Positions 12,488 to 22,400 of a DNA stretch of 64,000 nucleotides are shown piece after piece. The notes under the pieces are model-generated. The model worked only from the letters and a program-made list of their open reading frames with translations. It was not told the origin of the DNA and ran no database searches. How positions within the stretch are numbered: position 1 is the stretch's first letter; every line of letters begins with the position of its first letter. The stretch lies in contig CBFGTS010000016.1 of the NCBI GenBank assembly GCA_965652295.1, positions 40,257 through 104,256 on the forward strand. The letters run 5' to 3'. Origin of the DNA: an uncultured Haloferula sp. Lineage in GTDB: Bacteria > Verrucomicrobiota > Verrucomicrobiia > Verrucomicrobiales > Akkermansiaceae. A program made the translations under genes and the position numbers.

Positions 12488-13656
12488 TTCGCGGAGGGCG
12501 CGGGCGTTTCTGCGGGCTTCGGATTCGCCGGCGCGCCGGGGCGGGCGGAGGTCAGGCCGGAGACGAGGACGCGGGTCCCGGCGGGCAGCTCGCTCTCGAT
12601 GACGCGCATGTCGCCGTGTTTAGGGCCCAGGGTGACGGTTCGGGAACGGACGATGTTCTCCTCATCGACGGTAAGCACCGTAGTAAGGTCCTGCTGCGAC
12701 CGGACCGCCACTTCCGGGACGAGCGTGGCGGTGTATTCGCCGCGGCCGGGAAGGCGGAGCTTGGCGAACATGCCGGGGAGCAGGAAGCCGTCGTCATTGG
12801 GGAAAACGGCACGGGCGCGCAGGGTGGCGGTGGCGGCATCGAAGGCGTTGTTGACGAAGTCGATGTGACCCTTCCGCGGAAAGCCTTCGTCGCCGTCGAG
12901 GCTCATCTCGACAGGCACTTTGCGGCTGCGGGCGGACTCGCGTTTGCCTTCCTGATCGAGGCGCAGGTATTTGAGCACGGTGGATTCGTCGGCATTGATG
13001 CGGCAGTAGATCGGCTGGGTGGAGACGATGGTGGTGAGCAGGGTGGATTGAGCGGTGCCGCCGCTGATGAGGTTGCCGATGGAGACGTAGTTGTCGGAAA
13101 TGAGGCCGTTGATCGGCGACCGGACTTCGGTGTAGCCGAGGTTGAGGCGTGCGGTTTCGACCTGGGCCTCGGCGGCCTGCACACGGGCGCTGGCTTCGGC
13201 CAGCGTGCCTTGGCGTATATCGACCTCCTCCTTGGCGATCGCGTTGCGTTCCAGGAGCTGCCGGGCGCGGTCGAAGTTCGATCCGGCGAGCTTTTCCGAC
13301 GCGCGGGCCTGCTTGAGCTCGGCCTCGGCGGCCTTCAGCGCGGCTTCGAACGGGGCCCGGTCGAGGGTGAAGAGCAGGTCGCCCTCCTCGACCTTCTGAC
13401 CATCGGTGAAGTGAATTTCCTCCAGCAGCCCGCTGACCCGGGCGCGCACTTCGACGCTGTCGATGGCTTCGAGCCGGCCGTTGTATTCGTCCCACGAGAC
13501 GATGTCCTGCCGGACGGGATGTACGAACTCCACCGTAGGTGGGGGTGGCGCGGATTTCTGCCGGGTCTCCTTTTTCGAACAGGAGGTGGCGAGAAGCGCG
13601 AGGAGGATCGTGGAAAGGACGGGATACGGGGACATGGCGGAGAGGAAGGGGTTCAC
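12484..13656 (-). CDS. RND periplasmic adaptor (MFP) lipoprotein
   Basis: Lipobox-like LATSC; VEVRARVSG, G..V..GDLLF, LNLGYTEVRSPING; overlaps its neighbours by 4 bp. Confidence 0.95.
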
Positions 13657-15056
13657 CAGCGGCCGCCGAGGGCGCGGATGAGGTTGACGGTGTTGATGAA
13701 ATCGGAGCCGCGGAGGAGGGCCTGCTGGCGTTCGGCATCGAGCGCGGTGCGTTCGGCATCGAGGACGCTGAGATAGTTGGCTGTGCCTCCCTGGTACTGC
13801 TCGCGAGCGGTGTCGCGGGCCTGAAGAGATGCGCGGACCGCACGCGCCTGGGCGGCGGCCTGGGTGTCGAGCAGACGGGTGGCGGCGAGCCGCGTCTCGA
13901 CCTCGGCGAGGGCTTCGAGAATCGTCTGCTGGTAGATCTCGAGCACCTCCTCGTAGCGCGCCTGGGAGCGTGCGAGTTCGGCCTGGTTGCGGCCACCTTG
14001 GAAAATGGGGACGTAAACATCGGGACCGATTCCCCAGAAGCGCGCGCCCCGGTTGAAGAGGCTTTCGAAGTCGGCCGCTTGAAAACCGAGCGAGCCGGTG
14101 ATGCGGACCGAGGGGTAGAAGGCGGCGGTGGCGACGCCGACGCGGGCGTTTTCGGCGGCGAGCCGGCGCTCGGCCTGGCGGATGTCAGGGCGGGCGCGGA
14201 GCAGCTCGGCGGGGATGCCGGCCGGGATGGAGGGCGGCCGGCCAGCGAGCGGATCGGCCGCGATGCGGTAGTTGGAAGCGGCGCGTCCGGCCAGAGCGGC
14301 GAGCGCGGCCTCCTGCGCGGCGCGCTGGCGGCGGAGGGCGGCGATGTCCGCCTGGCTGGTGGCTAGCAGGGCTTCGGCCTGGGAGACATCGAGTGAGCTG
14401 ACCGCGCCGAGCTCGTGGCGATCGCGGACGACTTGGAGAGAGCCCTCGCGGCTTTCCACGCCGGCCTCGACGATCTGGATCTGCCGATCGAGCGCCCGCA
14501 GGTTGAAATAGCCCGCGGCGGCCTCCGCTTCGAGCGCGAGCCTCAGGGCATTGAGGTCTTCGGCGCTGGCCTGCGCATCGGCGGCGGCGGCCTGGACGCT
14601 GCGGCGGATGCGGCCGAAGAGGTCGATTTCCCAACTGGCGCTCAGCGGTGCTGCGAAGAGATTGCCCGTGCTGCCGCCATTCGGGATTTCCTCCGAGGAC
14701 CGGCTGCGCGAGGCGGAGGGCGAAGCGGAGAGCTGCGGGTAAGCGTCCGCCGCAGCGAGCCGGACGATCGCGCGGGCCTGCTCGACGCGTTTCAGGCCGG
14801 CTTTCAACTCGTGGTTGGAGGCGCGAACATCGGCGACGAGGCGGTTCAGTCCGCCATCGCCGAAGACTTTCCACCAATCGTCGCGTCGGGCGGCCTCGCG
14901 ACCGTTCTTGCGGGAGTCGTAGCGGTAATCGGCCGGCATTTCGGCCACCGGGGCATCGTAGTCCGGGCCGACCGTGCAGCCGCCGAGCAGCATCGCGGCG
15001 GAAAGGAATGGCAGGCCCGCGAGCGAACCCGGGCGTCGGAGAAAAAATGGGATCAT
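13653..15056 (-). CDS. RND outer-membrane factor lipoprotein (OprM/NodT-like)
   Basis: LLGGCTVGPDY lipobox, WW..F.D..L, SWEIDLFGR, LL..RPDI..AE, C-terminal L.RALGG.W. Confidence 0.95.
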   Translation of the reverse strand: MIPFFLRRPGSLAGLPFLSAAMLLGGCTVGPDYDAPVAEMPADYRYDSRKNGREAARRDDWWKVFGDGGLNRLVADVRASNHELKAGLKRVEQARAIVRLAAADAYPQLSASPSASRSRSSEEIPNGGSTGNLFAAPLSASWEIDLFGRIRRSVQAAAADAQASAEDLNALRLALEAEAAAGYFNLRALDRQIQIVEAGVESREGSLQVVRDRHELGAVSSLDVSQAEALLATSQADIAALRRQRAAQEAALAALAGRAASNYRIAADPLAGRPPSIPAGIPAELLRARPDIRQAERRLAAENARVGVATAAFYPSVRITGSLGFQAADFESLFNRGARFWGIGPDVYVPIFQGGRNQAELARSQARYEEVLEIYQQTILEALAEVETRLAATRLLDTQAAAQARAVRASLQARDTAREQYQGGTANYLSVLDAERTALDAERQQALLRGSDFINTVNLIRALGGRW

Positions 15057-15089
15057 GAGAGGCGGCCCGGCAGTCGCGCCGGAAGCGGG

Positions 15090-15141
15090 TTACACCGGCG
15101 AGTTTACTTTCGTGGGGCCGGATGTAAACTGGAGAGTTTAC
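15090..15141. promoter_or_regulatory. Two TetR operator copies (TTACACCGGCGAGTTTAC 15090-15107; GTAAACT-GGAG-AGTTTAC 15124-15141)
   Basis: One perfect palindrome plus a degenerate copy in the divergent OMF/tetR intergenic region. Confidence 0.7.
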
Positions 15142-15189
15142 TTTTTTAGCGTTTGGATTCAGCCTCGGCGCTTCACGGTGGTTTGGCAA

Positions 15190-15789
15190 ATGAGTCGGAG
15201 TGACGAAAAGAGGCTGGCGATCCTGAACGCGGCGGTGGGCGAGTTCAGCGAGGCGGGCTATGCAGCGGCGAAGATGGATGCGATCGCGGCGCGGGCGGAG
15301 GTGTCGAAGCGCACGGTTTACAACCACTTCGAGAGCAAGGAGGCGCTGTTCCAGAAGATCAGCGAGCGGCTGTGCAGCCAGCTGGTGGTGGCCACGGAGA
15401 TGCCCTACGATCCGCAGCGGGCGGTGCGGGATCAGCTGATGGAGCTGGCCTTGCGGCACCTCGAACTCGTGGGCTCCAAGGATTTCATGGACATGACGCG
15501 GGTGATCCTGCCGGAGCGGGTGCGGAATCCGGAACTGGCGAAGGGCGTGTTCGATCGCCTGCGTCGCGGGGAGACCGGGCTCGGGCGCTGGATGGAGCAG
15601 GCGATGGCCGCCGGCACGGTGCGCGACGGCGATTGGCGATCGGTGGCGCGGAAGTTCGGCGCGATGCTGAGCGAGTTCGGCTTCTGGCCGCAGCTGCTTG
15701 GAAATGAGGAGCCGCTCGACAAGGCCGGGCGCGAGGAGGTGGCGCGCAGGGTGGTGGCGCTTTTTATGGATGGAGTGGTGGCAAGGTGA
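15190..15789 (+). CDS. TetR/AcrR family regulator
   Basis: From ATG 15190: KRLAILNAA..EF...GY....MDAIAARAEVSKRTVYNHFESKEALF HTH; divergent from the RND operon. Confidence 0.95.
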   Translation: MSRSDEKRLAILNAAVGEFSEAGYAAAKMDAIAARAEVSKRTVYNHFESKEALFQKISERLCSQLVVATEMPYDPQRAVRDQLMELALRHLELVGSKDFMDMTRVILPERVRNPELAKGVFDRLRRGETGLGRWMEQAMAAGTVRDGDWRSVARKFGAMLSEFGFWPQLLGNEEPLDKAGREEVARRVVALFMDGVVAR

Positions 15790-15875
15790 AGGCCGGCTGC
15801 AGGGAGACGGCCCGGGCCGAGTTTCGGTGCAAGAGCTGAGGCCGCGCGGGTTGTGGTAGGAGGGCGTCCCACCTC

Positions 15876-17513
15876 CTACCAGTCCAGTAGAAGGTTGTAG
15901 GAGAAGACGCGGTTGTCGGGGAGGGTGGGCGTTTCGTCATTGTCGATCTTGTCGTAAACGTTGCGCGGCGGGGAGATGGTACTGTCCTTGCCGTGGATGA
16001 AGTCCTGATCTTCGACGATGCAGCGGTAGGCCTTGTTGAGGGCGAGGGCGCGTTCACGGGACGGGGTGATGAGGTCGTAGACGTCCCTGGCTTTCGCGAG
16101 CTTTTCGCGGTCGAGCCGGCCATCGGTGAACCAGCGCTGCTCCATTTCATCATTGTTGCGGAACTCGCTGCCGCCGCCGACGCGGGCGAGGTAGGTGGCG
16201 ATTTCGCCCGTGGATTCGCCTTTCGAAGGGGCGTCCGGCATGCCTTTGAGGTTGATGTAGCCCCAGCCTTCCGCTCCATCGACCTTGCGGGGAAACGAGA
16301 AGGTCTTGTCGACCGTCACGCCCACGGCGTTGTGACAGCCCATGCAGGAGAAATTTTCCTCGAAGGTCATCGCACGCAGGCGGCCTTCGGCGTTCTCGAT
16401 GAAACCCTGGACGACCCAGCCGCTTTTGTTGTCGATGCCCTGATCGCCGAGGCCGAGGTAGTTCGGCAGGTTGCCGGCGTCCTTTTCGAAGCCCTCCTCC
16501 TCGTAGCGGCGGGCATAGACGGCCTTGTTGGCGGCCTTGGCCTTGCGCAGGTAGCGGACCTCCTTCATGCGGGTGGAGACGCCGATGGTGCCATCGCTTT
16601 CCACGCCGACGTAGCGGACGGTGTGGAGGAACTCGGTGCCCTGCGGGTAAAGATGGGTGTCGATGAACTCGCCGGCGGCGGCTCCGGTCCACGAGTCGAG
16701 ACGGGTGATCCGGATGGCGGTGCCGAGGTGTCCGTCGCCATCGAGGTCGAGGCCGAGTTCGCGCTCATCGACCGGCAGGCAGGTGATGGACTCAAGGCCC
16801 TTCATCTTCGCTTCGAGAATGGCGAGGTTGCTACGGTAAACATCGTTGCTGGGTGAGCCATCGGCGTTGCTGCGGAAGGCTTCGGGCAGCCGGATCATGA
16901 CGTCGTCGGTCGATCCGTTGGTCGGCCAGAAGGTGCTGGGGAGCGGCTTGTAGTTGAAGGCGACCCAGCCGGAGCCGTCGCGGGCGAAGCCGTTCTCATC
17001 GAAGGCGGCGGGGCCGAGGTGGAGGTCGGCGAGGTCGGGGATCCAGCCTTCGAAACCGGCTTCGCGGAGGCGGCTGGGAAGTTCGGAGTAGTTGTCCTGG
17101 CGGATGTAGGCGATGATCTCCTCGTCGCTGATGCGGGCCACGCGCTCGGAGCGGTCTTCGAAAAGGTTCTGCCAATGATTGGTCATGCCGAGGTCGCTGA
17201 AGGCGTAGTCGCGCTGCAAGTCCCCATCGCCGAGGACGTTCTCGCGACCCTCGATCGGGTTCTGGTGGCAGACGTAGCAGGGATTGTGGCGGGCCTCGGT
17301 GAGGGTGTAGCACTGCGGAGGGAGCACGGCCTCGGCGTTGGCGAGGATGTGCTTCGGATGGACGTCGGGCACCGGCGGGAGGACGCCGCGGGAGGCCTTG
17401 AGCGCGCCGATCATGCGCTCCGGCGTGGCGTTTTCCACGACCTCCGGCGTGGTGGCGGAAAGGGCGGAGAGGACGGGGAGCGCGACGACGACAAGAAGAG
17501 GTTTCATTTTCAT
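15876..17513 (-). CDS. Exported hypothetical protein with two CxxCH motifs (putative di-haem c cytochrome)
   Basis: Sec-type signal peptide; CYVCH near the N-terminus, CMGCH in the C-terminal third; a DLDGDGHL Ca-binding-like loop. Confidence 0.65.
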   Translation of the reverse strand: MKMKPLLVVVALPVLSALSATTPEVVENATPERMIGALKASRGVLPPVPDVHPKHILANAEAVLPPQCYTLTEARHNPCYVCHQNPIEGRENVLGDGDLQRDYAFSDLGMTNHWQNLFEDRSERVARISDEEIIAYIRQDNYSELPSRLREAGFEGWIPDLADLHLGPAAFDENGFARDGSGWVAFNYKPLPSTFWPTNGSTDDVMIRLPEAFRSNADGSPSNDVYRSNLAILEAKMKGLESITCLPVDERELGLDLDGDGHLGTAIRITRLDSWTGAAAGEFIDTHLYPQGTEFLHTVRYVGVESDGTIGVSTRMKEVRYLRKAKAANKAVYARRYEEEGFEKDAGNLPNYLGLGDQGIDNKSGWVVQGFIENAEGRLRAMTFEENFSCMGCHNAVGVTVDKTFSFPRKVDGAEGWGYINLKGMPDAPSKGESTGEIATYLARVGGGSEFRNNDEMEQRWFTDGRLDREKLAKARDVYDLITPSRERALALNKAYRCIVEDQDFIHGKDSTISPPRNVYDKIDNDETPTLPDNRVFSYNLLLDW

Positions 17514-17524
17514 GAAGGAAGAGA

Positions 17525-17550
17525 GGGGGCGGGCCGTTGAGCCCGCCCCC
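17525..17550. terminator. GC-rich hairpin between the phoX-like gene and the cytochrome gene (attenuator or mRNA stabiliser)
   Basis: GGGGGCGGGC-CGTTGA-GCCCGCCCCC; no strong U tract on the minus strand. Confidence 0.45.
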
Positions 17551-17579
17551 CGTGGTTTGTTCTGCCAGGAACAGGAAAA

Positions 17580-19163
17580 TCATTCGCCGAACTGGACCGG
17601 CGCGCGGTTCAGCTGGTTCACGAAGTGTTGGTTGTCGATATGGGAGACGTTGAACATCCACACCGCGTCGCCGAGGCCGTCGGGGACATCGGCGAGGTCG
17701 GTGCTGTCCGGGTGCTGGACGCAGACGGCGAACTCGGTCGGAATGGCCGGGTTCCAGATCATGCCGGTGGCTTCCGAGCCATCGACGCGAAGGCTGAGGA
17801 AATGGTCGAGCGACTCGCCGACGCCATCGTTGTTGACGTCGCGCACCATCCAGATGTCGCCTCCGGTGCTGGAACTGTTCGGGGAATCCTCGATGACGTA
17901 AATGTTGCCGAGAGCGTCGATGGCGAGGTTGTCGGGCGAATTGAGGGTGCCGCTGGTGCCGGCGAAGCCAGCGTTTTTCGGGGTGCCGGCTTCGCTGGCG
18001 AAGACGCGGACGATCGCCTTGCCGCTCGGGCCGGCTGGCTGCGGTGAGGCCCAGGGATTGAAATGAGCACCGCGGCTGCGGTGGGAGCGGTTCCAACCCC
18101 ACCAGCCCCGGCGTGCCGGGTTTTCGAGGATCTCAATGGAATAGACGGACGCCTCCGAAGTGGCGGTGAAGTAGATGACCTCGTTGCCGTTGGCGAGGCG
18201 GCTGATGGCCATGTCCTCGGGACGACCGAAAGGCGTGCCCCCGGCGTCGTTCGCCGCGACGCGGCCGGCGCGATAGGACAGGTTGTCGAAGTCATCGACG
18301 AAGGGATCGGTGATGCCCGGCAGCGGCGTGCCGCTGGCGTCGGTCAGCGGCACCCAGGTGGCGGCACCGGTGCGGGTGGCCGCGCCATTGGTGGCGCTGT
18401 TCCAGTTTTCAGATGACGAGCCTTGGAAGGCATCCACGGAAAGGATGAAGGTTTGGCCTTGGGTGTAGTCGCCTGCGGTGGACATCACGAACTTGTAGAT
18501 CGAGCCCGAATTGTCCTCGTCCACGAAGTAGATCGTGTCGTTGAACTTCTTCGAGAAGTTGATGCCTTCGTGGGAGACGTTGGCGATGCTATCGAGCACC
18601 CGGGCTTCGACATCCCCGGCGGAGGCGAAGGGATTGAGGACCTCGACCACGCGGCCGGTGCCGGCCCATTCCTCGGCGAGGAAAAGGGTGCCGTTCGGGG
18701 TGAATCGGCACGGGTCGAATGCGCCGAAGTCGTTGGTATAGTCACCGGTTTCCCCCTGGCCATCGCCTTGGAAGATCAGCTCGGCATGGTTGTCGTAGAC
18801 GCTGTAGCGGGTGACGCCGGCGCTCCACTGCGTTTCATGAGGGATGAAGAGGTATTCGCCGTTCGGATCGTAGGCGATCATGTCGAACATCGAGGCGTTG
18901 CTGCCGAGGTTGGCGGCGCGGAGGGTGGATTGGCCGTAGCTGAGGACTTCGTCCTCGACCTCGCGGAGGCTGAGAACATTTTTCTGGCTGATGCCGGCGG
19001 GAGAAACCCAGGGCGAGGTGAGTTCCTCCGCCGAGTTCGGAGAGGTGACGGGTGCGGATTCGGTCAGTGGTGTGAACCAGACCGGCGTGCCGGCGAAGGA
19101 GGCGCCGGAGGTGGCGACAAGGGCGGCCAGGAGAAGCTGGCGGCGGGTGACAAGGCGTTTCAT
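17580..19163 (-). CDS. phoX: PhoX-like (DUF839) alkaline phosphatase, Tat-exported
   Basis: TRRQLL twin-arginine signal; PhoX motifs IPHE, TPNGTLFLAEE, SHEG, DED..GSIYKF, RPED, SPDNL, IED, SEATG and VQHP. Confidence 0.8.
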   Translation of the reverse strand: MKRLVTRRQLLLAALVATSGASFAGTPVWFTPLTESAPVTSPNSAEELTSPWVSPAGISQKNVLSLREVEDEVLSYGQSTLRAANLGSNASMFDMIAYDPNGEYLFIPHETQWSAGVTRYSVYDNHAELIFQGDGQGETGDYTNDFGAFDPCRFTPNGTLFLAEEWAGTGRVVEVLNPFASAGDVEARVLDSIANVSHEGINFSKKFNDTIYFVDEDNSGSIYKFVMSTAGDYTQGQTFILSVDAFQGSSSENWNSATNGAATRTGAATWVPLTDASGTPLPGITDPFVDDFDNLSYRAGRVAANDAGGTPFGRPEDMAISRLANGNEVIYFTATSEASVYSIEILENPARRGWWGWNRSHRSRGAHFNPWASPQPAGPSGKAIVRVFASEAGTPKNAGFAGTSGTLNSPDNLAIDALGNIYVIEDSPNSSSTGGDIWMVRDVNNDGVGESLDHFLSLRVDGSEATGMIWNPAIPTEFAVCVQHPDSTDLADVPDGLGDAVWMFNVSHIDNQHFVNQLNRAPVQFGE

Positions 19164-19365
19164 GTGTTTCGTAGTTTGATTGCTGGTGCCAGTGGGCGCG
19201 GAGAATGACGCGCCCGGCCCGGGAGCCTCTGAGGGATTGATCGCCCCGGGACATCTCCTTTAGGGTGCCGGTTGTTTCACATGGCGGTTTCGTCGCTTTC
19301 CAGTCGCTGCGAGATCGTGTTTGATGAGATGGGCCGGTCGGCCATGGGGGCAGACCAAGCGGGGT

Positions 19366-19406
19366 CGTCACATGGGTCCGGAGCACTCGTGACGGAAGCG
19401 TCACAT
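19366..19406. promoter_or_regulatory. Candidate Pho-box-like site (CGTCACAT x2, 33 bp apart; GTGACG-GAAG-CGTCAC)
   Basis: Lies in the divergent phoX/TBDR intergenic region; same motif at 23071-23098 and 26711-26762. Confidence 0.5.
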
Positions 19407-19461
19407 GGGGCGGCTTCATGGATGGCGGCGGGGCGGCTACGCCCTTCCCGCTTCCCGCCCG

Positions 19462-22400
19462 ATGCACGCTCTCCGTTTTCCGCTCCCCACACCGGCCGTC
19501 CTCACGCGTCGCCTGAGGAAATGCATCGCGGTCGCCGCAATTCTCAGCGGGCTTGGCGGCCTGGTCCTGCCGGTTTCCGCCGAGGGGTTGCCGCAGGCGG
19601 CCGGGGTCTTCACCTTCGAGGAGTTCTCTTCCCTGCTTCCGCAAAAGGACGGCTCGCCCCGCGGTGTGGTGCGCTTTGAAACCGCCGCGGCCGGTTTCCT
19701 GCTGGCGGATGAGGAATCCCTCCCGGCGTGGCGATACCTGCGATGGACGATGCCGCCGGGCCCATGGGCGGGAACTACGATGGATCTCGTGGATGCGTCC
19801 GGCATCGGGCTCGCGCCGCCGGAGGGCGGGGAGGATCTCGAGGGTCCGTGGGTTCCCGGCGATGTCGCTCAAGGTCCCGCTCCGGTTGCGAAAGGCGAAC
19901 TTGCCGGCAATCCGCTGCCGATCGAGCAGCGCGCCGGTACCGCCGTGCTGGAGGGCGAGGTTTCCGACGTGACGACGCTCGAACCCATCGCCGGGGCGAT
20001 CGTCTCCGTGACCGGAACCGGCCGCGAGGACGAGACGGATGCCCAGGGGCGCTTCCGCATCACGAATCTACCCGAAGGCAACGCCACCGTGGAAGCGTTG
20101 AAGCTCGGCTACTCGACCGGCACCGCGGCAGCGACTTTGCGGAACGGCACCACCGCCGAAGTTCGCATCGCCTTGCGGGTGAAATCCCAGGACACCCATG
20201 AGGGCGAATACATGCTGGCGGAGGAGTCGATTGTCGGGGAATACAACGAGTCGAATCAGGGGGATTTCAATCTGGATCTGGATCTTTCGACACCGACGCT
20301 CCGGAGCGGGATGACCGAGGAGGAGTTCACCAAGGCGGCGGTGAGTGACGCGGGCGAAGCGTTGGAGAAAGTGTCGGGTGCCAACGTCGTGGATGGAGCT
20401 TTCGCGGTGGTTCGAGGACTGGCCGACCGTTACGTGACGACCACGCTCAATGGCGGTCAGATTTCCTCGGCGGTGCCCGACCGAAAGGCGGTGCGGCTGG
20501 ACCTTTTCCCGACCTCCGCGATGCGGGCGATCGTGGTAGACAAGCTTTATCGGGAGCCGTTGCTCGGCGACTTCGGCGGCGCTGCGATCGATCTTCAAAC
20601 CAAAATCTTCCCCTCCGAGCCGGTGGTCGATTTCAAGTACAAGCAAGAGTTCAATCCGTCCCTGCCGGATTACATCCTGCTGCCGAACGACAGTGATCTG
20701 GGGTATTTCAGCAGTCTCGGCGGCGGTCGGAAGATCAATCTGGACTCGCTCATCGGCGACAATGGCTTTCTCATTCCCGGTCAGCCGACGAAAAGCGCGG
20801 GGGCCCCGCCGACGGTGCCCGAGGCGCAGGCGGCCTGGCTCGCACTGTTCGACTCGCGAGACCTGCGTCCGAGTGCCCGAAGAAGTCGGGACGAGGAGTC
20901 CTTCAGTGCGACGATCGGAAACACGTATTCCCTATCGGATGACCTCAAGTTCGGATTCCTGATCGCGGGCGGGGCCAAATCGGAAGACAGCTACAATGCG
21001 ACGGAAGTTCTTCAGGTGAACGGAACCACGTGGGATGAAGAGGAGTTCCAGCGCCAGTATGAATGGAACCTCTACGCGGCGGCGGGCCTCAAGTTCAGGG
21101 ACCAGCACGAGATCACCGCCACCTATTTCCGAAAAAACATTACTCAGGACAACGTCACGACGGCCCGCAACATCGAGGATGGGGAGATTTACGGCACGCC
21201 GGAATTCTTCAACGCTACCACAAGGCTTTATGGTGCGGCGGCGACGCTTCGTGGGAATTTTGAAGAGATCGATCCGCTGGAGCAGGATCTTGAACTGCTC
21301 CAGTTCGCCGGGAAACATCAGTTCGGTGAGCGGGGACCTACTCTCAAGTGGGCCTTCACCGAGTCCGACGCCCTTGAGGAGCGGCCGAACTACTCGCTCT
21401 TCCAGTGGACCACGCTCGACTTCACGGACGACCAGGCTTTCGACCTTGCCCGTGGGATCGAGAACCAACGGCTCTTTAGCCAGATTGCCCGATCGTTTCC
21501 AGACGCTCCCACGTTCCAGTCCCTTGATGAAGCGGGGGAATTCCTGCTTTCCAAGGGTGTTCCGCAGGCGAGCGTGACGCGGGCGCTGGATGCGGTGCTC
21601 GCGCGATACCCGGTGGTCGATCCTTCGCTTGGGGCCATCGATACCCTGGCTCTCCTCGCGATCACCCAGCAGGCGGGGCCAGGCAATTACTCGCCGAGAA
21701 CTACTCAGAAGATTGAGGAGAACACGGTGGACCAGCGGCTCGACCTGGATGTTCCTTACTATTTCAGTGAGGACGATGAGACCGCCGGGGTGCGGCTTAA
21801 TATGGGGTTTTCCAATGTGGAGAAGGAGCGCACTTCGCAAATCTCCATCTTTGACCTCATTCCCGAGTTTCAGGACGCCGCGGGCAACAACATCTACGGC
21901 CTGCCCGAGGAGCTGTTGGTCCAGCTTGGAGAGGAGTTCGTCAACAACCCGCAGCTCCTGCGCGACTTCATCACGGGTTACTGGGCGGGCTCGATTTACT
22001 TCAACGACAACACGCTGGGCAACAACCTCAGTCCGCCAGCGCAGTTGATCAACAACGTCGAGGGCAGCCACAAGATCACCTCGCACTACCTGGGTGGTGA
22101 GATCTTCCGCGACGATTGGTTCCTGCGCGGAGGCGTTCGCTATGAAAAGGAAGAGCGTTCGGCGGTGATCCTCGATCCCTCACCCATCCTGCCACCCGAG
22201 TTTCAGAACCTTCAGCCCAGCAACTATGAGGAGCTGCTGCCGACCCTTACCGCGGGCTCGAACTACTTCGATGGCAAGGTGAAGCTGATCGCCGGTTGGT
22301 CCCGCACCGCAGCCCGCCCGACCTTCTACGAATGGCTGCCGACGAAATCGATCGACCTCTCGACCGGTTTCATCCGGCAGGGCAATCCGTTCCTTGAGAA

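Noticed and set aside
19388..19405. CRP/FNR site reading of CGTGA...TCACA
   Set aside because: The spacer is 8 bp rather than the canonical 6 bp; a Pho-box-like reading fits the context better.
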